From the NCBI GenBank assembly GCA_040285855.1, contig JAUFOQ010000010.1, positions 248,001-312,000 on the forward strand: 64,000 nucleotides of DNA, written 5' to 3'. The notes below the pieces were generated by a model. That model worked only from the letters and a program-made list of their open reading frames with translations, was not told the DNA's origin and did not search any database. Of the stretch, positions 50,423 to 61,600 are shown piece after piece (the stretch's first letter is position 1; every line of letters begins with the position of its first letter). Origin of the DNA: Eukaryota sp. GEM-RC1. Its lineage: Eukaryota. The translations under genes and the position numbers were made by a program.

Positions 50423-53400
50423 TGTTAGTGTCATGACTCATCAGGACCTATTTGTATAATAAATTCACTTTTCTCTATTCATATGACTAAGACCAACAAT
50501 AATTATTGTGGCCTCTGCAAAGAGTTGCAATGTATGTGTACTCCGGAGAACTTCACTCCTGGAAACCAAACTAACCCAAACCCTAGTTCCGTTCTAGGTG
50601 AAGATTCCAGTTCCGCCCTGGCTTCTTCCAAGTCTTCCACCGTGAAGGAACTTGGCACAGATGGACTCCCTTGGGATGACACTGTGGACTATGACATTGT
50701 TTCGGATGAAGAACCATCTTCTAATGGAACTTCGAATGAGAAACCATTCTCTATCGAAAACCCAAATGAGGATCCATCCCCCAATACAACTATAAACGAG
50801 GAACCTTCCTCCAATATTGACGAAAACGAGGAACCATCCTCCAATATTGATGAAAACGAGGAACCATCCTCCAATTTTGACGAAAACGAGGAACCATCCT
50901 CCAAGGTTAATGAAAACGAGGAACCATCCTCCAACAGAACACCTGCTTCTGAGTCAAATCCACCAGTTGGGTGGACCTATCGACCTTCGGTAACTCCTCC
51001 GCCTATCCCAATAGTACAGAGATCTACACCTCCTATTAGGACACCGGAACCCTTTATTCCGAAATTACCCCCTACACCGTTAGGTTTCGTAATGCCGGCT
51101 AAAGATCCACGAGCACCTCCACCTTTACACGATAAGAGTCCCTGGAGAGAGCTATGGAATGCCGATGTGAAGATGTTTGGGTCTATTGATAAAGATCAAT
51201 GGATTCATTTTCAAAGACAATCAAGAAACAATTCTGAGTCTTACGGTTTTGTAGAGACAGACCAGTACCTACTTAAACCAGCCAGAACACTAAAAAGATA
51301 TTGGCAACGCAAAGCTAACGGATATATCCCCCTCGACCCTGAGGTTTCGTACATCCATGACTGTAACGACAGATTGATGGGCTTTATAATGGATAAAACT
51401 CGTCCAAACTCCCTCGTTACTGTGGAACAAGCTTACAACCTCCTACGGAATCCACTTCCTAAAGATCAAGTAGAGGCGATCGAAAAACAAGTAGACAACC
51501 TCGAAAGATACACCACGGTGAACAGCTTCTTCCATAGAAAACCAACGGTCAATACCGACTCCGCGGATACCGTTCCTCCCTTGGTAGCCAACACCCCTTA
51601 TGTGCCCGGCGGATTTGTTTTTGCAAGAAAGCCCCACGCACCGACCACCCCACTTCCCAACGAACTTCCACATGACCACATGCTGGAAGAGGACCACACT
51701 GCTACCAGAGTTGGAGCCCTATCGGTCTCCACCTGAACCGGTTACTCCAACTCAATCCAGCACCAACAGTCCCAACACTGACGTAATCACACCGTACTCA
51801 GTACTGAAATTCGCTGAACGGTTACCCACTGACTCCTCCAGTGATTTGAACAAGTTGATGAAACCGAAATCACTTCACAATCTGGATGACGTTGACGTAA
51901 TCATTGACTGGATTGCTGATTACATGAGCTTCTGTACCGCCCAGAAGGACTATACACTACCAGCATCCTCACCACTCGGAGATCCCAAATACTTCTTTGA
52001 CATTGGTAGGATTGCTGCCAAGGAAGCCGACACTCGTTGGGTCTCTCGACTTGTTGCGTATCCGGTTCAACAACAGATGAACTATCTAGGTACAGCAACG
52101 ACTTCCAGTGATGAACTCTTCCGACAGATCATCTTAAGAACCCAATTTAAGGACATCTTGACCGCAAGAAATAAACTAAACGAAGTTCAGATGAACTGGT
52201 CGATCCAAGATTATGAACAAAGATGGCTCGACTTCATCAAACGATTTGATAAAGTGCTTAACCGAAGTACACTGATTAAATCCCCCTCGGAACCGTCCTA
52301 CACGATGCTGGACGAAAGAACCATCATCAAAGCTCTTCTGACTAACATTGGTCTCGCCTCCCTCTACCTAGAACTCTGGCCCAAATGGAAAGACTCCAAG
52401 GATTTACACTTCTTCTTTCAACAGTTCTCGAACACTATTACCAATGGTGCAAGAAATGGACAAACGGTCCCACACATGTTCAACTTGAACAAAAGAACGT
52501 GGAAATTCTCATGCACAGAGACAAGGATTCCTGGAACGACATCCCAAAAGCAATCCAACGCTCAGCATCCAAAATTTTCGCCCCAGGAAATTTGAAGTCT
52601 AAATCATCTTCAAAGAACCCTCACAATGCAGCCCCTCCTTTCAAAAAGAAGCATCGCTCAAACTCATCTGATAGACCTCCTAAAGATGATAACCGCTGTA
52701 GCTTCTGCGACTCCCCGGATCACAAGATAAACCTTTGTAATCATCCTGACTGTCGTAGAAGCGAGCTCCCCGCGGATCAACGTCTTCCACGATCTGAGGC
52801 AAAGAAACCTCCCACTCGTAGTAATAGTCATAGTTCGCGTAAACAAAATAAACATAGTAAGTATTTCGTGCAATCGATAAACACTATTCACAAAGATAAC
52901 ACATCATCGTCGGATTCACATAATCCATACATAAACCCACTCCACAACATCAGTAATTCGAGTGGTACGAACTCACTAAGCCTGAATTCAATATTCAGCA
53001 TAATCGATCACCAGGATCCACCACCATTCCTCAGCTGCAGTCTGACCATCAATGGTGTTTCGATTCAGGGTCTTTGGGACAGTGGAGCATCAATGTCCGT
53101 AATCACACGAGACCTGGTCGATAGATGTTCAATGAAGTTCATTAACAAGAACGTACCATTCACATCTGCAAACAACGTCAGATCTCACTCACTGGGTAGC
53201 GCCCAAGGGATCTTGACCTTCAAGTTCAGTAAGGTGACACACCTAACATCTGTGACGAAGACTTTACCTATCATCCCTGGATCCAACAAATGTTTGTTAG
53301 GTATTGATCTCATGAAGCAGTTAGGTTTACTGACTGAAGAGGGACTAATCATCCCGGTTCAACAGACTATGTTAGCTCATAGCAACAACGAGTCAGAGTT

Positions 53401-56400
53401 CGACTCAAACATATCTATGCCCAATAGCCTTTCTATTATAGACAATATAGATTTCAATAAATTTGTTTATGATTCCGGCTGTTCAATCAAATTAGATGAC
53501 GATGATAGAACCAATCGTTTACTGAACCTCCTTAGCGAGTTCTCAACTATCTTCGATTCCGTTCCTCACAAAGATGGCATCAATTGTCCACCGATGACAA
53601 TTGACTTCTACGACGAAGAGTCCACGGTGAAACGAAAACCTCGGAGGCTTAATCCTGTCAAACAAAGGATAGCCGAAGAAACCTTTCATGAACTAGTACG
53701 TTTGGGATACGCTGAGTATACTACACCCAACGGAAAATTCAGCTCCCCGGTAGTACTTGTGGTATACCCCGATCATCGTAAGCCTAGACTTACGGGTGAC
53801 TTCAGTGGTACTGGAGGAGTCAACGAACTTACTAAACCTGTCCAACCGAATCTACCGAGAATCGCAGACATACAGGAATTCCTGAGTGAAGCTAACTACA
53901 TAGCCACTCTCGACCTGCCAAAAGCATTTTGGCAACTGAATCTCGCAGATCACGAACGCGACAAAACAACTCTAGTTATCCATGGCCTAGCCATCCGATT
54001 TAAACGAGCTTGTTTTGGTCTAAAGAACGTGCCTGCAATCTTTCAAAACTTGATGATGGATATTTTCGACCACGAAGGTATATTCATCTACATCGATGAC
54101 ATCATCATAGTCGCCAAAACTTTTGATGAATACTTATCTAGAATAAAATTCGTTCTTGAGAGAGCTCAACTCTATAGAGTCAACCTTGGCTTACACAAGT
54201 GCAAGTTCATAACAAAGAATCATCCTATAACTATCTTAGGTTGCGAATACATCGACAACACTCGTCGAATCGATTCAAAACGTGTAGAAGCTCTGGTAAA
54301 CATACCAACACCGACCACCATCAAAGAAGTTCGAAGTTTCGTCGGTTCTATCAACTACATTAAAGATTTCATAGCGGATGCATCGGACCTACTAGCTCCT
54401 ATAATAGCCCTAGTAAAGAACAAAGCACGAACAGTTCATTGGACACCTCAACTTCAATCAAATTTTGATGAAATCAAAAGAGGATAATCAATCACATGCC
54501 ACTATGTCTACCAGACAAAGACAGACGCATACTGATCAGCGCAGACGCTAGCGATATCGCCGTAGGTGGTGTCGTATGGCTAGAATGCACCCCTCATTCA
54601 CCTGAGGGAACTCCATTGAACGACCGCAAAGTAGAACCACTAGCATTCTACAGCAAACTACTCACTGACTCTCAACAGAACTGGGCCACAATTCAAAAGG
54701 AATTGTACGCCATTCTCCCTGATTTTAACAGAATCTCAACTGTCATCATACCTTATCAGCAGGGGAATTAACGATCTTCACAGATCATAAAAACCTCGCT
54801 TACTTAATCTCAGCACCCGAGAAGAATAGGATGGTCAAACGATGGATCCCTATTCTCAGTGAATACCTATTCACCATAGTCCACACCAGTGGCGAAGACA
54901 ACCATTGGGCTGACATGATGTCACGCAATGTTATCAAAGACGCAACAACTGAGTCTATAAACAACATAGTCACATATTGCCCAGAGCATTTGTTCTCTAT
55001 AACCGATAGCCGATGTCCTACTGATGAGGATACGGAATATCAAACTTTATCAACAGAGTCAATCGACATGATTGACGATGCCCTGATCAACAAATCGAAG
55101 TTATTCGACGCTTGGCTCTCGAAAGTACGCTCTACACAAGTAGAAGCCATCAAAAATAACGACCCATTGTTCCAACACCCGTCTACTTGGTTCAATGAAG
55201 AGTTCCAGCTATACATGAATAGCAACAACAAGATCTTGATACCAAGTGCCTTGGTGAAAACCTCCTTGAACCACTTACACGGTTTTCCACATGCAGGTCA
55301 CCCTAGCATTAAAGATAGCATTGATCGGCTAAAATCTAGTGACTACTTCTGGCCCAGCATGATCAACGACATGAAAACTCACTGCAAGCAATGTCCAGCT
55401 TGTCAAAAGACAGCTCCCCTTGCCAAAACAACTATCAAATCTTCAGGTAATTGATGGTCCGACAAACCATTTGCAAAGATGAACGTCGACACAATAGGAC
55501 CACTTCCCACTGACACATCGGGAAACATTTACTTACTAGTGTTCATAGATTCCTTCACCAGATTCACAATCCTATGTCCACTAAAGGAACTGAATGCTCA
55601 TGAGACAGCATATTCGTTAGTGTGTAACGTTTGTGCCATCTTCGGCATTCCAGATCTCATTCATAGTGACAATGGCAAAGAATTTGCTAATCACGTTTTC
55701 AATGACGTCTGTAAGCAATTTGACATCACAACTAATAAATCTATACCTAGTTTCTCTCCTAGCAACGGTTTAGTTGAACGTCGACACAGAGACATTCTAC
55801 AAGCTTTACGAAAGATGCTCATAGACTTCAATGACTATGACAACTGGAGTAAATACATCCCACTAGTACAACTGCTGGTAAACACTACGAAGAGTAGAGT
55901 AACCGGCTTTACACCGTACGAACTGATGTTTGGATCTAACACCAACCCTGGTAGTGATCCAAGTAAAATCATCTCTTGCCTCACTCAGAACAAGATTTCA
56001 GAAGATTCCTTTCTAGCTGATTACCAATCAAAATTAACAAGAATTTTGAAAAAACGGGAAGAAGCAGAAACCACCCAATCATCTATCAAATCTTCCATTA
56101 CTACGGTTGATACTCCCTCGCTATTTGCTATCGGTGACCTAGTACTACGAAGTAACAAAGCAGCTAAGAAGCTTCATGGCAAACAAGAGGGACCGTACCT
56201 CGTCACTGATATACCTTCCAAAAGCTCACTTGAACTGCAGAACTTTGTCACCGGACATCGTTTCCGCTCCAGCATTCATCTATGCACCAAGTACCTTTCC
56301 GACAAACCCTCCTCCGATGAGTTCCACAAAGCAGTAGCTTCTTGTGACTCTGAAGAGATGGTCATCATCGAGATCCTTGATCAACGTGATTCACCTACAG

Positions 56401-56723
56401 GTCCCATATGTTCCGTCGTATGGTTTGACGGCGACACTACGGAGGAACCCCTGAGTCTGGTTAAGAACACTAGGGCTTACTCAAGTTTTATTAAACTAAA
56501 TCCTCACGCCAAACCCAAATCTAAACCCAAAACTAAATCTAGAAGTACGCGTAATAGACAAGCGATCCCTAGTAACACTCCTGATTCCGTCATTCTCACT
56601 ACTCCACCTGCTAAGAGGACTAGGTCCTCGAAAAGGGGAAGAAGTAATGTTAGTGTCATGACTCATCAGGACCTATTTGTATAATAAATTCACTTTTCTC
56701 TATTCATATGACTAAGACCAACA
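50423..56723 (+). mobile_element. Full-length Ty3/gypsy chromovirus-like LTR retrotransposon with 76-bp LTRs
   Basis: Identical LTRs TGTTAG...CCAACA at 50423-50498 and 56648-56723; TSD TCCT; PPT AAAAGGGGAAGAAG. Domains: gag knuckle CSFCDSPDHKINLC, protease WDSGA, RT LDLPKAFWQ/YIDDII, RNase H DASD...KELYAI, integrase H-H-C-C/VDTIG/SDNG/NGLVER, GPY and a chromodomain-like tail. Several frameshifts and one TGA (55452). Confidence 0.97.
50793..50935 (+). repeat. 30-bp tandem repeat in gag (DENEEPSSNI, ~5 copies)
   Basis: GAAAACGAGGAACCATCCTCCAA recurs with a period of 30. Confidence 0.9.
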
Positions 56724-56818
56724 TCCTCGTTGTTTTCTTTTTGTATCAGCTTTTGGGAAACTCTCTGACGAATCCTTTTGTGGACATCTTCGTTGTGACC
56801 TGGTTGCCACCATATACT

Positions 56819-57100
56819 TCACCTTGGTTTCTTTGGATTTGCTGCTGTTTGTGCCTTTTTCTTCTGCAAAGCATGTTTTCCACTCTCCATTTCTAGTGGT
56901 TGAGTTTTCGTCCTTTCGAGAATGTATGGTCTACTTTGCCCCTCGACCTTTGCTTTCATAGTGGAATAGATGCTGATTGCGGAGTTGAGATCTCTATTCC
57001 AAAACGTCTTATATCTCGTTTGCTAGAGCCCGAGGACTTGATTTAGCCTTTTCTTCCTGTGATTTTCTTTCAGTGATACAGTACTTTTTTTTTGCAGTAG
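56819..57100 (-). pseudogene. Second Fanzor1 3' remnant
   Basis: Not in the ORF track. Minus strand reads LNQVLGL*QTRYKTFWNRDLNSAISIYSTMKAKVEGQSRPYILER..., i.e. the RuvC-III WNRDxNxA motif (56990-57001) plus the terminal GxxRPxxLxR motif. Confidence 0.75.
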
Positions 57101-57789
57101 TTGTTTCGTAGTTGATTCTTCCAACTCTGACACAAGGTCTCTCTCTCACACTTGTTCAGGATTTTTTTTTGGCATAAATAATTCTAGTTTGTTTTTCCCT
57201 TATCAATTTCCCTTAGAAAAACTGTTTATTGACGGAGGGCACAAAAATACATATCATAATAAAAACTATGAATCACTGGACACAGAAAATTCCTGGTCAA
57301 CAATACCACAGTTCTTATATAATATCGTGATAAAATGTTACTATCAATTATATTTTTCAATTGTTTTTATATTTTCCTAATTTTTGATTTTAAATTATAT
57401 TATTCTTTTTTGAAACTCGTTTATTTTATTACAAGTGTAATAGATCAAACAACTAAAATTTGATATCATTAAAACAACACCCGTCGCTATCGAACCTTAC
57501 AACAGCTTTGTCCTCAAAAAAGGAACTTACTGCTAATAAAGCTTTGGAGATGATTAGGGGAATTGTTTTAAAAACAGTAAAAACGATCCAATTCAAAAAA
57601 AAATTATATTAATTATAGTATTCTCTTGTTTCTTCTTTTGTTCGTTTTGATTTTGAAATCAGGGATTGGAAAATATATATATATATTTATTGTCCACCAG
57701 CATTATTATTGACAACATGTTATCTCTAACAGTAAGGTTTTGAACTTTCTGAATTGTTTCCTCAGTTGATTCCTTATTTCAATCTTTTT

Positions 57790-58681
57790 TATGGTAAAGC
57801 GTCGAATTTAGTTTTTGACAAGTTTGATATTAAATCAACTAGAGGGGTTAAGCAAGGTGATCCTTTGGGTCCTTTTTTGTTTTGTCTCGGTCTAAAAATT
57901 ATTTAAAATCTTACAATTAGAATTATCAACTGTTAAAATTTGTGCTTATGCTGTTGATTCTTCGCTGATCGGTCCATTTGACGGTCTCAAAAAGTGTTTT
58001 TCACGTTTCATTGAACTGTTTTTGAGTATTGGTTTAACAATTAATTTTGATAAGAAAAAACGGATTTATGTGCGGAGAAAAACACATAATAAGATATCGA
58101 TAAGTACAAATAAATAAACACTGTTAAAACAAATTATCAAACGAACTACCTAATTCCGAAAAGTAGTTGCCTCCAAACAACAATTATAATTTGATAAGTG
58201 ATTTCTTGTTGTTAAGTCTTCGAATGTTTCTAATCTTGGTTTTTGTAATATTCCTATCGTGATTATTCTACTCAATGTTTTCGTTTCCTTGGCACATTTT
58301 TGGGAAATTATGAGAAAATACATTCAGAATTGGAGGGTTCATTAACTACCATTGAAGAAAAACTAAATCAAAAATTATCTTTAGATGTGAGTAAACATGT
58401 TTCCTTTGCTATGCTTCAGGTCTGTTTTTCCGGGAAAATTAATCATTTTTTACGTTCATTAGACTATTCCCTTACTGAAACAGTGCCAAGAAATGTAATT
58501 CTATTAGAACAAATTTTCTCTCCAACTTGGCTGAAATTGATGAGTCTAAGATTCCATTTCATGCTTTTTATTCTTCTGAATTCGCAGGAGTAGTTTCACC
58601 CATGCAAAAATCATTAGAAAATCTGCTCTTTTAGGAGGTGTTAAGAATTTTATGTTTGAATTTTTGAAACGGTTTCCCTTG
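57790..58681 (+). mobile_element. Degenerate CRE-like RT fragment (target of two later insertions)
   Basis: STRGVKQGDPLGPFLFCLGL; AYAVD; FAMLQVCFSGKINHFLR; truncated by the LTR at 58682. Confidence 0.85.
58055..58178 (-). mobile_element. Short 3'-end insertion of the 9721-11460 family
   Basis: Approximate reverse complement of 11340-11459; flanked by imperfect AACAATT(A/ATA)ATTT(T)GATAAG duplicates. Confidence 0.85.
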
Positions 58682-61600
58682 TGTTAGCCACAGGTGTTAG
58701 TGAAGTGTTACTAGTACGTGGTATAATTTGATTTATAAACACCCTTTACCTTCCCCTTTGCACCTTTAGGTATTAATAATTATTATCCTCATGGTAAAAA
58801 GAGGAATCTTACTACAGCTGCTCCTAAGAAAGGAGTTACTAACCGCAGACAGCCAAGTAGGTCTGTCAAAAGACCAGAGTATCGAAGAGCTCTGCCACCC
58901 CGATCGAAGTGCCTACTGAATCCTCAGTAGATGAAGAGGACTTTGTGTCCGAACTCTCCTCACCCGAGAGCCCATCTTCAAACGTTGATGGAAGTTCCTT
59001 GGCTTCTTCGGAAGCCGGCGAAACGACTGGTATAAGACCCTTGGGCTCTTCGGAGTCTGGCGGCAACCCTGGTCCTTTGGAGTCATCCATTGGACCAGAA
59101 CAGGAAGATCCTCTTGGAATCAAGAAGGTTCTGGAGAAATACGGAGTCCCCGTTATCTCTTCAGATACCATCAGTACTCCGGGAGACAATGTTGTGGGTA
59201 ATGCTACTTCGTCTGTAGTTCAGCCAACATCATTGCCCTCTCATCATGTTCCTGATTCTTCCTTGTTAGTTAGTAGTTTATTAAATAAAGATAACGTTGA
59301 TCCTTCAGTTCCTCTGTCTAGAGAGGTTGAAGAGAGCCTTAGGCAACTTCAAACAGTCCTAGCTCAGCATAAGACCAGGGCAGAAGAAGCAAAACGACAG
59401 CTTCTGGAGCAACAGCAAAAAACAGCCAATCTTTCCATGACTGAGAGAGCTCTAGCTGTAGAACAACAAACCGGTTATGTGTCTAGACCTCATAGAGATG
59501 CAGTTCCCAACGATCTCATCCCGTTTGTAAGTCCGTACGATCAGAGTGTCTCCATCTCTGACTACGACTTGTGGCATCTTGTCAAATTTGCTCCCTGGCA
59601 TCCCACTTTGCGTCATAGAATGCCTGCTGGAAGACATTACTTGCTGAAAAATGTTCCTCCTGGCACGTCTCCTCAAGCCATAAAACAGTTTTTGGTTGAC
59701 TTATATGATAGTAGAGCTGGTGATACTTATAGGTTTCCTTCCACCTACTCTTGGGATCCTAGACATGGTATCATCATTGAACCTTTAGTCCGGATATTCA
59801 GTGCTGATGGTCAGTCAGTTTCATATGAATACTCCGCCTGGTACTTACATTCGTTGAACAATAAACGCAAGTTATATCACAATGTTTCTGTAAGTACCGA
59901 ATGGCTCCCTACTGGTCATCAGTATAGTCATTTACCTGCGGCTACAAGAGTTCTGGATAGTTTGTCAACTTCACCACAAGATGTTGACTCTGTCCCTGTT
60001 CAACCTTTTTCTGGAATTGGTGGTTCCCAATTGGTACTCCCGTTAGCTTCTCAAGCTATGTGTGAAAAAGCTACATTTGCTCCGAACCTTTCTGATTTAA
60101 ATGGCTTATATAGTGTTCAAAGATTCTTCCGTGCTGAAGTTTACAGACCTGAGCAGGTTGATAGATTTACACACGGTCTTAGAGATGGTATCTCTACCCA
60201 AAATTTTGAAGCTCAATTTGTCGGTGAAGAAAGATTCATCAGCTTAGAAGAACATGAAAGTGTTTATCGTAAGCCAGAAGGCTTTGCTAAAGGTTGTGAT
60301 GAAACTATGTCCATGGCTCTCTCCTCAGAACAGCTTGCTCAAAATAGAAAAAATCATGTTGCTCACATGACAAGAAGCAGAAAAACTCCTAAACGATCAA
60401 ATTCGATCGAGATAAGTGATCTGACTTCTCAATCAAAATCACCTTTGGCAGAACTTTCTGATGTCACTGACTCTATGTCTGAAGATAGCTCATTTGAAGA
60501 CGAAGAACCTAACGTTTTGGCTGATACTCCCATCATTTTGTCTGGTGTCCCTCAAAGAAAAGATCGAACAAAGAAAAAGTCCATTTCAAAGAAATCAAGA
60601 CCCAGCTGCCTCAAATCCGAGAGTCGCGAGGACATAATTAAGTTCATCCATGAATTTAGTTATTGGGCAATTCATGTCCGGAAACAATCAAATCGTAAAG
60701 ACTTTGACACTCGTTTAGGTATCTCTCCAATCAATAAATTTGATCTCGTAAGACTCACTTTGTTAGAGATTGATCCTACTGGTGTTTCCGAATTCATTGA
60801 TCGTCAATTGCTGAGTGACTGGAAGCTTCTAAATGTTCCAGGTCCAGATTCAAACATAACTGAAAAAGACCAGATTGGTTCTCCTGAGCCAATACACTTC
60901 TACTACTCAAGCTATGGGTGATCTGAAGAATCTTAGACTTAGTCAATCTAATGATCCCTCCACTGTAATGAATCGGTACCTAAAGCTTGTTATCAACATT
61001 TTAAAATGTTCGACAGCCATTTCCATAGGTACTGGTAGAACTTTTCTCCCAGCTAGCATCTCAGCCGACTTAGTGTTATGTACACTCAATCCTCAGAAAG
61101 AAATTGCTGCTCTAAACGATCTCCAAGTTAAGTGGGAACACACTTTAAAGAACAATGAACATTTGCTTCCTGAATTTTTGAGTGAAGTAAAGACAGCTTG
61201 GATCGATTACAAGCGTTCGATGCCAACGACATCGTTTTCAAACTCTCAAAGAAGGTCTCATGACCATTCCCGTGGAAATTCTCGTTTTCCTAGAAAGTCC
61301 TTCAACCAGAGGTACTCTAAACCCTCTGATGGTAAGTCCACTGACGTAGAATGTTTCAAATGTGGCAAAAAGGCCATTATGCTCCTGATTGTCGTAAATC
61401 TCAGGATAATGCAAAGTCCAATAAGCGTAGGTCTGGTGATAGTCGTCCTGATAGTCGTTCTCGTAGTTTTAAAAATCATAAATCTCCTAGATACATTTTC
61501 AAAATTGATAATGCACAACATAATTCAAACAAAAACACTACACCACTCAAATACACTAACCCTTTGGCTACTTTGATCACACAATCAAGTATGGGTAAAA

